DNA of 33,990 nucleotides from a virus: UHGV virus genome UHGV-0171993; one strand, 5' to 3'. Shown piece by piece: positions 7,308 to 16,206 of this stretch (position 1 is its first letter; each line of letters starts with the position of its first letter). The notes under the pieces were generated by a model. It saw only the letters and a program-made list of their open reading frames with translations, ran no database searches and was not told where the DNA came from. The position numbers and the translations under genes were made by a program.

Positions 7308-7447
7308 ATTTGTGGTAATGGGCGGCTGGTGGGTGTTAGCGGCACCTGCCAGCCATCTGCTCATGCGTTGGGGTCACAAGCAAACCTCAGGCCCATCTGC
7401 TTTGCGCAAAAGCAGAATGAGCCTATCAGAGAAGTGCTTATTGATCT

Positions 7448-8494
7448 ATGGCTAATACTGTAAAAATATCCAGTTGTGAGTCAATCAACGCTGATTGCCT
7501 GGAATTTATCCAGACCTTACCGGAAAACTCTGTCGATCTGATAGTCACAGACCCGCCATACTTTAAAGTGAAGCCCGAGGGCTGGGATAACCAGTGGAAG
7601 GGCGACGATGATTACCTGAAATGGCTGGACCAGTGTCTGGCGCAATTCTGGCGGGTACTGAAGCCTGCCGGAAGTCTTTACCTGTTCTGTGGTCATCGCC
7701 TGGCATCTGATATCGAAATCATGATGCGTGAACGCTTTAATGTGCTGAACCACATTATCTGGGCGAAGCCGTCCGGGCGCTGGAACGGATGCAACAAGGA
7801 AAGCCTGCGGGCGTATTTTCCGGCAACAGAACGCATTCTGTTTGCTGAACATTATCAGGGGCCATACCAGCCCAAAAATGACGGCTATGCGGCAAAGGGG
7901 CGCGAGCTTAAGCAGCACGTGATGGCTCCGCTGATTTCTTACTTTCGTGATGCGCGGGAATCACTGGGGATAACGTCAAAACAGATAGCGGAAGCCACCG
8001 GAAAGAAAAACATGGCTTCGCACTGGTTTGGTACCAGTCAGTGGCAGTTGCCGAACGAAGGCGATTATCTGAAATTACAGGCGTTGTTTGCGCGTGTTGC
8101 AGCAGAAAAACATCAGCGCGGTGAACTGGAAAAGCCACACCACCAGCTGGTCAGCACATACAGTGAACTGAACCGGCAATATGCCAGTCTGCTGGATGAG
8201 TACAAATCCCTGCGGCGTTATTTTTCCGTATCGGCTGCCGTTCCGTATACGGATGTCTGGACGCACAAGCCTGTGCTGTATTACCCCGGCAAACATCCCT
8301 GTGAGAAACCGGCGGATATGTTGCGTCAGATAATTACCGCCAGCAGCCATCCGGGAGATTTGGTCGCTGATTTTTTTATGGGGTCGGGGTCAACAATAAA
8401 AGCAGCATTATCGCTGGGAAGGCGTGCAATAGGTGTGGAACTGGAAGAAGAGAGATTTAACCAGACTGTAATTGAAATAAAAAATAATCGTTAA
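7448..8494 (+). CDS. DNA amino-methyltransferase (N6-adenine or N4-cytosine), orphan
   Basis: Catalytic motif IV TDPPY near the N-terminus and AdoMet motif I DFFMGSGST near the C-terminus (beta-class order); no adjacent restriction endonuclease gene. Confidence 0.8.
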   Translation: MANTVKISSCESINADCLEFIQTLPENSVDLIVTDPPYFKVKPEGWDNQWKGDDDYLKWLDQCLAQFWRVLKPAGSLYLFCGHRLASDIEIMMRERFNVLNHIIWAKPSGRWNGCNKESLRAYFPATERILFAEHYQGPYQPKNDGYAAKGRELKQHVMAPLISYFRDARESLGITSKQIAEATGKKNMASHWFGTSQWQLPNEGDYLKLQALFARVAAEKHQRGELEKPHHQLVSTYSELNRQYASLLDEYKSLRRYFSVSAAVPYTDVWTHKPVLYYPGKHPCEKPADMLRQIITASSHPGDLVADFFMGSGSTIKAALSLGRRAIGVELEEERFNQTVIEIKNNR

Positions 8495-8662
8495 ATGTGT
8501 GTGTCATCATTTCTGCATTTTATGAATAATAGAAATTTATACATATATTTACGAATGTTGACACAGTTTTTAATTGAAAAAGTATCTGTCCTCATTAATA
8601 TTCTTTGCGGTTCCGAGGGGGATGTAAAGCGCGGTCATTTTTATTTTTCCTGAGGAACCAAT

Positions 8663-8735
<73 letters not shown>

Positions 8736-8741
8736 CTATAT

Positions 8742-8816
<75 letters not shown>

Positions 8817-8914
8817 GCATTTGAAATAAGCCTTATTGTATTGCAGCACTGGCGTATTTTTATTACGTGGGGGCAGGTTGTTTTGAAAAAGCATTCTGTT
8901 CTCTGGCTATGATT

Positions 8915-8947
8915 TGAGGCCAGGTTAGCCTCAGTGCTGATTTTTTT
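8915..8947 (+). terminator. Possible terminator-like hairpin downstream of the tRNAs
   Basis: tgaggc-caggtta-gcctca hairpin, with a T7 run only after a 7-nt gap (non-canonical). Confidence 0.25.
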
Positions 8948-9179
8948 ACGGCAGCAGAATGGTGCATTGCTGGTGGAGATTTTGTATTTCCTGGCAGGGT
9001 CGGTGATGTATCATTCTGGTGTTGTAAATAACACCATCGGGGCGCTCCTCAGGGCGAGGGTGGTTAAAAGAGTCGGTTTAGCGGGAAACCACAGTATTCA
9101 TACAGGACGGAATACTTCGGGAGGCACCCGACGCCTCGATTTTATTACAATTAAAAAATTCATTCCTTGCATTGACCAA

Positions 9180-9204
9180 CCGCCGTATCCGGCGGTTTTT
9201 TTTA
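9180..9204 (+). terminator. Rho-independent terminator
   Basis: ccgccg-tatc-cggcgg hairpin followed by 8 T. Confidence 0.55.
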
Positions 9205-9336
9205 TTCAGAATTTCGTTTCTTTATGGTTCGCTGCGGCGGGCCTTTTTCATATCTGCGCTTTACTCAACGTGTATTGAATCTGAATACATCACATAAAAG
9301 ACATCGGCGGGTGCCTTTGACGGGGTGTTTTATTAC

Positions 9337-9358
9337 GGGCCGCTGGTGGCCCTTTTTT
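9337..9358 (+). terminator. Rho-independent terminator just upstream of the lysis genes (tR'-like position)
   Basis: gggcc-gctggt-ggccc hairpin followed by TTTTTT, about 20 nt before the holin start. Confidence 0.5.
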
Positions 9359-9377
9359 ATTTACAGGAGAAAAAAGT

Positions 9378-9770
9378 ATGTCTGAACCCTTGTCCGGTTC
9401 CGGCACGGCTGTGGCGCTCGGCGGGGCGACAGTATTCGGGCTGTTTACCGGAACGGATTTCGGGATTGTGTTTGGTGCATTCGCAGGGGCGCTGTTTGTG
9501 GCCACGATACCACAGCAGATTTCTGTCTGGCGTGTGGCAGCGCATTTTCTGGTGTCGTTCATTGTTGGCGTGCTGGGGGCGGATGTGATGGCGTCTTACC
9601 TGGTTGAAAAACTGAATCTCCACAGCACATCTCTCGACGCGCTTTGCGCGGTACTGGTATCGGTGGTGTCGGTGAAGATTCTGTCATTCATCCACCAGCA
9701 GGATATTGCATCACTGGTGTCCGGCCTGTTCTCCCGTCTGCGTGGCGGAGGAGGCGGCAATGTTAAGTAA
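9378..9770 (+). CDS. Putative holin (multi-pass small membrane protein, 130 aa)
   Basis: AGGAG RBS; several Gly/Ala-rich hydrophobic segments; first gene of the lysis cassette, followed by a second membrane protein and an endolysin. Confidence 0.5.
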   Translation: MSEPLSGSGTAVALGGATVFGLFTGTDFGIVFGAFAGALFVATIPQQISVWRVAAHFLVSFIVGVLGADVMASYLVEKLNLHSTSLDALCAVLVSVVSVKILSFIHQQDIASLVSGLFSRLRGGGGGNVK

Positions 9771-10035
9771 CCTTCCCGGATTACTGAATGTGGTGTTAAG
9801 CACGGTTATCGTGCTGACGCTCTTTTTTTATCGTCGTGGTGAGTCGAGACATAAACCGCTGATGTCGTGGCTGGCCTGGCTGCTGATGCTGCTTTATGCC
9901 TTTGCGCCGCTTTGTTATCTGTATGGTCGCTTTCCACCCGGTAACTGGCTGGTCGTCCTGATTAACCTGGTGTTCTGCGTGCTGGTGATACGAGCACGCG
10001 GGAACGTATCAAAAATCCTTTCATTACGGAGGTGA
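9760..10035 (+). CDS. Second small membrane lysis protein (holin/antiholin-like, 91 aa)
   Basis: ATG 9760 with GGAGGAGG RBS, overlaps the previous stop; three hydrophobic helices; stop overlaps the endolysin start. Confidence 0.5.
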   Translation: MLSNLPGLLNVVLSTVIVLTLFFYRRGESRHKPLMSWLAWLLMLLYAFAPLCYLYGRFPPGNWLVVLINLVFCVLVIRARGNVSKILSLRR

Positions 10036-10037
10036 GT

Positions 10038-10415
10038 ATGCCCGGTAAATTCAGATTCAGTCGTCGAAGTGAGAAAAATCTGGAGGGCGTCAAACCACAG
10101 CTGGTTGCTGTTGTTCGCCGTGCGCTGGAGCTGACGGAGGTTGATTTCGGTATTACGGAAGGCCTGCGCAGTAAGTATCGCCAGAAGCAGCTGGTCGCGG
10201 AAGGGAAAAGCCAGACCATGAACAGCCGCCACCTGACCGGTGATGCGGTGGATGTTGTTGCCTACGTTGGCAGCCAGGTGTCATGGGACTGGCCTCTGTA
10301 CGAGAAAATCGCGCAGGCATTTAAGCAGGCTGGCGCAGAGTTGGGAATCGCCATCGAATGGGGCGGGGACTGGAAAACGCTGAAAGACGGGCCTCACTTT
10401 CAGTTGAAGCGCTAA
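10038..10415 (+). CDS. Endolysin, peptidase M15 (VanY-like zinc peptidase) family
   Basis: SRHLTGDAVD fits the M15 zinc-binding SxHxxGxAxD motif; second motif DGPHF; GGAGG RBS 5 nt before ATG 10038. Confidence 0.75.
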   Translation: MPGKFRFSRRSEKNLEGVKPQLVAVVRRALELTEVDFGITEGLRSKYRQKQLVAEGKSQTMNSRHLTGDAVDVVAYVGSQVSWDWPLYEKIAQAFKQAGAELGIAIEWGGDWKTLKDGPHFQLKR

Positions 10416-10429
10416 TAACCAGGTGGTTT

Positions 10430-10612
10430 ATGAGCCGAAAACACTGGACACACAGAATGCCGCGAACGGCGGCGAAATGGGCACTGGTAGCGATACTGGT
10501 GTCGTTTTTCCTGGTGGGATGCGTTAGCCTGGATAAGGTGCGCCAGCTTTTCGATACGGCCTCGCAGGTCTGCGAAATTGTCGAAAGTGCCAGGCAGTGT
10601 ATGCAGAACTGA
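10430..10612 (+). CDS. Small lipoprotein (60 aa), possible spanin-type lysis accessory
   Basis: AGGTGG RBS; N-terminal signal MSRKHWTHRMPRTAAKWALVAILVSFFLVGC with lipobox LVGC; directly after the endolysin. Confidence 0.45.
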   Translation: MSRKHWTHRMPRTAAKWALVAILVSFFLVGCVSLDKVRQLFDTASQVCEIVESARQCMQN

Positions 10613-10699
10613 TCGCCTGTAAGAGCAGAATATTGTTGAATCTAAATTTACTTTGAACAGTGGCCCGGATGGAAAGGGCATCTAAATAGGAGCAGAAAA

Positions 10700-10909
10700 A
10701 TGTTAACTGTAAAAGTCATGTCTCAAAATGGTGGGGAAGAGATCCATTGCGGGCGTAGCATTGGCTATCATCCAGAGCAGCGGAGTATTGCCGTATCGGG
10801 AAAGGATGGGAAAGTCATTCTGAAAGATGGAGATATTGCTTATGTAATGAACCAAAACGCTCAAATAATATCTGTTTATCGGCCCAATAATAGTCAGAAA
10901 AACATTTGA
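10700..10909 (+). CDS. Hypothetical small protein (69 aa)
   Basis: ORF with GGAG upstream of ATG 10700; AT-rich; no recognisable motif. Confidence 0.35.
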   Translation: MLTVKVMSQNGGEEIHCGRSIGYHPEQRSIAVSGKDGKVILKDGDIAYVMNQNAQIISVYRPNNSQKNI

Positions 10910-11032
10910 ATTTCGCAAGGCCAAAGCTCAGTGGTGATCGTTATCAACTAATTGAAATAACAGGCTTATGTTTGTGTAATTGGTGATATAGCATGTTAAT
11001 GCTGAATATCAGCGTCAACATGGAGTTATACA

Positions 11033-11248
11033 ATGGTTTTTAAACACTATTACGTGAACAAAAATGCTCAGAGCAATGGCGATCATGAGGTGCATGCTGA
11101 GGAATGTTCATATCTTCCTGCTGTAGCTAACCGCGATTACCTTGGTTACTATAGTGATTGTTCTTCGGCGGTAACAGAGGCAAAGGCCAAAGGATATTCC
11201 CGGGTGAATGGTTGCTATTGGTGTGCCAATAAGTGCCACACGTCTTAA
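11033..11248 (+). CDS. Hypothetical Cys-rich small protein (71 aa)
   Basis: ORF followed by an intrinsic terminator; cysteines clustered at CSYLP and CYWCANKCH suggest metal binding. Confidence 0.4.
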   Translation: MVFKHYYVNKNAQSNGDHEVHAEECSYLPAVANRDYLGYYSDCSSAVTEAKAKGYSRVNGCYWCANKCHTS

Positions 11249-11268
11249 TCAATTGTCAATAAACCATA

Positions 11269-11291
11269 AAGGCCGCTCTGCGGCCTTTTTC
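11269..11291 (+). terminator. Rho-independent terminator
   Basis: ggccgc-tct-gcggcc hairpin followed by TTTTT. Confidence 0.55.
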
Positions 11292-11702
11292 ATGTTAAAA
11301 AAGATTGCGGCATTACAGCAGCCCTTCACACTGAGGGGCTGCGATAATGTGAGAAATAAAAAACCGGTCACAGGGAGCAGCTACACAGAACCGGCTGGCA
11401 AAGACCGCCAATACCACCCATGCTTCAGTAAAACATACATATGACATTAGCTGGTATTGATGTAAATGCAATGTTGTGCATCGACGAAAATAAAAAGCCG
11501 GCAGGGGAAATCCATTGAAGATTTGCCGGTGGCAAAAGAGGGCCATGTTTTTAACCTTAGTCGCAGAGTTACGGAGTGCAACTACGAATGCTGCCGGTAT
11601 ATGGCTGAATGGCGTTTCAATGATGTACGTCATCTTATCTGTAAATGTTAATGATAAACGCTCTCATTTGTGCGGGTCCTTCCGGTGGGGTGGCCTGCCA
11701 CG

Positions 11703-11714
11703 GGGCGGGAGCGT
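11703..11714. other. Candidate cosN cohesive-end site (GGGCGGGAGCGT)
   Basis: cacg-GGGCGGGAGCGT-cgcgg closely resembles lambda cos (ttacg-GGGCGGCGACCT-cgcgg, recalled from memory); followed by an AT-rich cosB-like region leading to the terminase small subunit. Confidence 0.45.
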
Positions 11715-11898
11715 CGCGGAAAAAGGCTAGTTTTTGCATTTTCATTCATCATCATCATCTTTTCAATGCATTGAATTTAAACGAATTTTATTTTTAGTAT
11801 GTTAATTTTGCGTGTTTTTTGGTCAACATATAACGCACTTTATAACGCTTTTTGAAAAGGTGTTCGCAAGATGCATGTTTAAAACGTCAGGAGGGGAT

Positions 11899-12390
11899 AT
11901 GGATCGTGAGTTGAAAAATCTGATGCTGAACATTAACCAACTGGCGGCAATAGCAGGTATATGTCGTCAGACTGCGGCGGCAAGACTGCAAAACATCCAG
12001 CCCGCCGGAGGACATGACAAGTTAAAGCTCTACCGGGTGGCAGATATTGTGTCGGCATTTCTGGCATTACCCCCGCCAGTTGCAGAAGGCGAAATGGATG
12101 CACATGAGCGCAAAGCCTGGTATCAGTCTGAGCGTGAGCGTCTTAAGTTTGAACAGGAAACCGCGCAACTTATTCCGGCAAGCGATGTCAGGCGGGAATT
12201 TGCCATCTGGGCAAAAGCAGTTGTGCAGGTGCTGGAAACATTACCGGATGTTCTGGAGCGTGACTGTGGTCTGCAGCCCACGGCTGTAAGTCGTGTTCAG
12301 TCCATTATTGATGATCTGCGTGATCAGATAGCCCTGCGGGTGACCGAAGCAGGCGCGGATGATGAGGAGGAATTACAGCAGGAGGAGTAA
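11899..12390 (+). CDS. Terminase small subunit (DNA-binding, Nu1-like role)
   Basis: AGGAGGGG RBS before ATG 11899; N-terminal HTH-like segment LMLNINQLAAIAGICRQTAAARL; stop overlaps the start of the large subunit. Confidence 0.7.
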   Translation: MDRELKNLMLNINQLAAIAGICRQTAAARLQNIQPAGGHDKLKLYRVADIVSAFLALPPPVAEGEMDAHERKAWYQSERERLKFEQETAQLIPASDVRREFAIWAKAVVQVLETLPDVLERDCGLQPTAVSRVQSIIDDLRDQIALRVTEAGADDEEELQQEE

Positions 12391-14492
12391 TGCTGAATCA
12401 GGAAACCGCAAAGGCAGCACGAACCGATTCAGGTTATATCCTTCGCGCGCCAAGACGAATGCGGGTTGCTGATGCTGTCGCTCAGTATATGCGGGTACCC
12501 ATGGGGGCCGGGAACTCCGTTCCGTGGGATCCACTGGTGGCCCCGTATGTAATTGAGCCGATGAACTGCCTGGCCTCGCGTGAATATGACGCAGTGATAT
12601 TTGTTGGCCCGGCGCGAACAGGCAAGACCATCGGACTTATTGATGGCTGGGTGGTCTACAACGTGATTTGCGATCCTGCGGATATGCTGATCATTCAGAT
12701 GACGGAGGAAAAAGCCCGCGAACACTCCAAAAAACGACTCGCCAGAACATTCCGCGTCAGCCCGGAAGTGGTCAGTCGTCTGAGTCCGAACAAAAATGAC
12801 AACAACGTTTATGACAGAACATTCCTTGCCGGCAATTACCTGAAAATCGGCTGGCCGTCAGTCAATATCATGTCCTCATCAGATTATAAATGTGTGGCGC
12901 TGACGGATTATGACCGTTTTCCGGAAGATATTGATGGTGAGGGGGATGCCTTCTCTCTTGCTTCAAAACGAACCACCACATTTATGTCCAGCGGTATGAC
13001 GCTGGTGGAAAGTTCACCCGGCAGGGATGTGAAAGATGTGAAATGGCGACGGACTTCACCGCATGAGGCTCCGCCAACCACGGGGATCCTGTCACTCTAT
13101 AACCGTGGCGATCGTCGTCGCTGGTACTGGCCCTGCCCACACTGTGGTGAGTATTTTCAGCCCTGTGGCGATGTGGTTGCTGGTTTTCGTAATATTGCCG
13201 ATCCCGTGCTGGCAAGTGAGGCAGCTTATATTCAGTGCCCTTCCTGTTCCAGGCGAATTATGCCTGACCAGAAACGTGAGCTGAACGGACGTGGAGTCTG
13301 GTTGCGGGATGGTGAATCCATCAATGCAGACGGCAGTCGTTATGGTGAGCCCCGGCGCTCACGTATTGCGTCATTCTGGATGGAAGGCCCCGCTGCGGCA
13401 TATCAGACGCTGTCCCAGCTGGTCTATAAGTTGCTGACCGCCGAACAGGAATACGAGTCGACCGGAAGTGAAGAAACACTCAAGACGGTTATCAATACCG
13501 ACTGGGGATTACCTTATCTTCCCCGTGCCAGCATGGAGCAACGAAAAAGCGAACTGCTTGAGCAGCGGGCAGAGCCTGTTCCTCCCCGAAGTGTGCCGGA
13601 TGGCGTTAATTTCCTTGTGGCGACAGTGGATGTGCAGGCGGGACGTCATCGCCGTTTTGTGGTTCAGGTAACGGGCTATGGCAGTCGTGGCGAACGCTGG
13701 ATAGTTGATCGTTACAACATCACGCAGTCGCTGCGTTGTGACAATAACGGAGAAAGCCTGCGTATTGACCCTGCCGGTTATCCGGAGGACTGGGATGTTC
13801 TGCTGACGGATGTTTTTCATAAAGGCTGGCCGCTGGCTTCTGACTCCTCTCAGCGCATGCGGGTAATGGCAATGGCGGTGGACTCCGGCGGTGAAGATGG
13901 GGTTACCGATAATGCCTATAAATTCTGGCGTCGTTGTCGTCTTGATGGTCTTGGCAAGCGTATTTACCTGTTTAAGGGCGACAGTATCCGTCGCGCAAAA
14001 CTGATAACCCGTACATTTCCGGATAACACCGGACGAACGGGGCGACGGGCGCAGGCTTCGGGTGATGTTCCACTCTGGCTTCTTCAGACTGATGCCCTGA
14101 AAGACCGGGTTAATAATACGTTATGGCGCGACTCACCAGGTCCTGGTTATGTGCATTTCCCTGACTGGCTGGGGAGCTGGTTTTACGACGAACTGACGTA
14201 TGAAGAGCGGAGCAGTGACGGAAAGTGGAGCAAGCCGGGGCGCGGTGCCAACGAAGCCTTTGACCTGATGGTGTATGCCGAGGCGCTGGTTATTCTGCAT
14301 GGGTACGAGAAGATTCAGTGGCCGGATGCGCCGGAATGGGCATGCAGGGAAAACTGGCTGGAATACGTCAGTGACAACGCTGAGCAGGCTGTTCTGCCGG
14401 AACCAGTCTCTCTGCCTGCCAGAAAAAAGAAACGAAAAAAAGTGACGCCCGATGAGGATAACCCCTGGGTGACTTCCGGAGGATGGTTATGA
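12390..14492 (+). CDS. A: Terminase large subunit (lambda gpA family)
   Basis: 700 aa; Walker A-like VFVGPARTGKT; position and size match lambda A. Confidence 0.85.
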   Translation: MLNQETAKAARTDSGYILRAPRRMRVADAVAQYMRVPMGAGNSVPWDPLVAPYVIEPMNCLASREYDAVIFVGPARTGKTIGLIDGWVVYNVICDPADMLIIQMTEEKAREHSKKRLARTFRVSPEVVSRLSPNKNDNNVYDRTFLAGNYLKIGWPSVNIMSSSDYKCVALTDYDRFPEDIDGEGDAFSLASKRTTTFMSSGMTLVESSPGRDVKDVKWRRTSPHEAPPTTGILSLYNRGDRRRWYWPCPHCGEYFQPCGDVVAGFRNIADPVLASEAAYIQCPSCSRRIMPDQKRELNGRGVWLRDGESINADGSRYGEPRRSRIASFWMEGPAAAYQTLSQLVYKLLTAEQEYESTGSEETLKTVINTDWGLPYLPRASMEQRKSELLEQRAEPVPPRSVPDGVNFLVATVDVQAGRHRRFVVQVTGYGSRGERWIVDRYNITQSLRCDNNGESLRIDPAGYPEDWDVLLTDVFHKGWPLASDSSQRMRVMAMAVDSGGEDGVTDNAYKFWRRCRLDGLGKRIYLFKGDSIRRAKLITRTFPDNTGRTGRRAQASGDVPLWLLQTDALKDRVNNTLWRDSPGPGYVHFPDWLGSWFYDELTYEERSSDGKWSKPGRGANEAFDLMVYAEALVILHGYEKIQWPDAPEWACRENWLEYVSDNAEQAVLPEPVSLPARKKKRKKVTPDEDNPWVTSGGWL

Positions 14493-14701
14493 ATCAGAAT
14501 GATATTGAAGCCATGATCCAGCGTTATATCGATGCGGAAATGGCAGTGCTGGACGGAAAATCCGTCACCTTTAATGGTCAGCAGATGACCATGGAAAATC
14601 TGTCCGAGATCCGCCGGGGACGTCAGGAGTGGGAGCGGCGTCTTGCTGCCCTGACTGCGCGGCGACGGGGGAACCCGGGATATAAACTGGTGAGGTTCTG
14701 A
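14489..14701 (+). CDS. W: Head-tail joining protein W-like
   Basis: About 70 aa between terminase and portal; ends ...RRRGNPGYKLVRF, resembling the lambda W C-terminus; GGAGG at 14478-14482. Confidence 0.65.
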   Translation: MNQNDIEAMIQRYIDAEMAVLDGKSVTFNGQQMTMENLSEIRRGRQEWERRLAALTARRRGNPGYKLVRF

Positions 14702-16206
14702 TGGCAATTCTGGATGATGTGATTGGTGTTTTTTCTCCAGGCTGGAAAGCGGAGAGGTTGCGCTCAAGAGCGTTAATCCGCGCTTATGAGGCTGTGAAAC
14801 CCACACGCACACACAAAGCCCGACGGGAAAACCGTTCTGCCGACCAGCTCAGTAAGTACGGGGCGGTTTCCCTGCGGGAGCAGGCCCGTTTTCTGGATAT
14901 CAATCATGACCTCGTAATCGGCGTTTTCGACAAGCTTGAGGAGCGGGTGATTGGTGCAAAAGGGATTATTGTTGAACCCCAGCCATTACTGAAAAACGGT
15001 GGTGTGGCTACAGAGCTGGCAATGATTATCCGTCGTTTGTGGGCGGAATGGTCTGTCAGTCCGGATGTGACCGGACAGCATACGCGCCCCATGCTCGAAC
15101 GTCTGCTGTTGCGTACCTGGTTACGTGATGGCGAAGTGTTTGCCCAGATGGTCAGAGGCGCAGGTGCCGGGCTGGCGCGGACTGCCGGAGTGCCTTTCTG
15201 GCTCGAGGCTATGGAGCCGGATTTTGTGCCCATGCTCAGTGATGAGTCTGCGGGAATGAATCAGGGGGTTTTTCTGGATGAGTGGGGCAGACCGAAAAAA
15301 TACCTTGTTTATAAAAATTATCCGGTTACCGGACGGCAGAGTGATACCAAAGAGATTGCAGCTGAAAATATGGTGCATCTGAAGTTTACCCGCCGGCTGC
15401 ACCAGACGCGTGGTACATCCATGTTGTCGGGTGTGCTGATGCGGATCAGTGCACTTAAGGAGTACGAGGATTCTGAGTTGGTTGCAGCGCGTGTTGCTGC
15501 GGCTCTGGGGTTATATATTCGTAAAGGAGATGGACAGGATTATGAAGATGTTGTGACAAATAAAGATGATGACCGGGAGTTGCATATTACCCCGGGCATT
15601 ATTTATGACGATCTGCGTAAGGGGGAAGATATTGGCATGGTCAAATCTGATCGGCCTAACCCTAATCTGGAAACTTTTCGTAATGGTCAGTTGCGGGCCA
15701 TGGCGGCGGGCACTCGTCTGAGTTTTTCCAGTGCAGCACGTAACTATAACGGTACCTACAGTTCCCAGCGACAGGAGCTGGTTGAGTCCACCGATGGCTA
15801 TCTGATCCTGCAGGACTGTTTTATTGGTGCTGTAACCCGTCCGGTGTACCGGGCATGGCTGAATATGGTGGTTGCCGCGGGGTTGCTGAAAATTCCGTCG
15901 GATGTGGATATAAAAACATTATATAACGCAACATATTCTGGTCCGGTCATGCCGTGGATTGATCCTGTCAAGGAAGCTGAAGCCTGGAAAATCCAGATTC
16001 GTGGTGGTGCGGCAACAGAATCAGACTGGGTGCGCGCCAGTGGTCGTAATCCGGATGATGTTAAACGTCGGCGCAAGGCCGAAATTGATGAAAACCGCAG
16101 GCTGGATCTGGTGTTTGATACCGATCCGGCCTGCGATAAAGGAGGTGGTAATGCTGAAACAGAACGCGTGGTTTCGCGGCGAACCGAAGGCCAGCCTGAA
16201 GAATAA
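14701..16206 (+). CDS. B: Portal protein (lambda gpB family)
   Basis: 501 aa directly after the W-like gene with overlapping stop/start (TGATG); position and size. Confidence 0.8.
   Translation: MAILDDVIGVFSPGWKAERLRSRALIRAYEAVKPTRTHKARRENRSADQLSKYGAVSLREQARFLDINHDLVIGVFDKLEERVIGAKGIIVEPQPLLKNGGVATELAMIIRRLWAEWSVSPDVTGQHTRPMLERLLLRTWLRDGEVFAQMVRGAGAGLARTAGVPFWLEAMEPDFVPMLSDESAGMNQGVFLDEWGRPKKYLVYKNYPVTGRQSDTKEIAAENMVHLKFTRRLHQTRGTSMLSGVLMRISALKEYEDSELVAARVAAALGLYIRKGDGQDYEDVVTNKDDDRELHITPGIIYDDLRKGEDIGMVKSDRPNPNLETFRNGQLRAMAAGTRLSFSSAARNYNGTYSSQRQELVESTDGYLILQDCFIGAVTRPVYRAWLNMVVAAGLLKIPSDVDIKTLYNATYSGPVMPWIDPVKEAEAWKIQIRGGAATESDWVRASGRNPDDVKRRRKAEIDENRRLDLVFDTDPACDKGGGNAETERVVSRRTEGQPEE

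Noticed and set aside
8934-9278. 114-aa plus-strand ORF in the region between the tRNAs and the holin
   Set aside because: No RBS, runs across an intrinsic terminator (9180-9204), and sits where I expect late regulatory sequence; probably non-coding.
11313-11633. 106-aa minus-strand ORF in the cos-proximal region
   Set aside because: No RBS; overlaps the predicted cos-proximal non-coding region and is convergent on a terminator.
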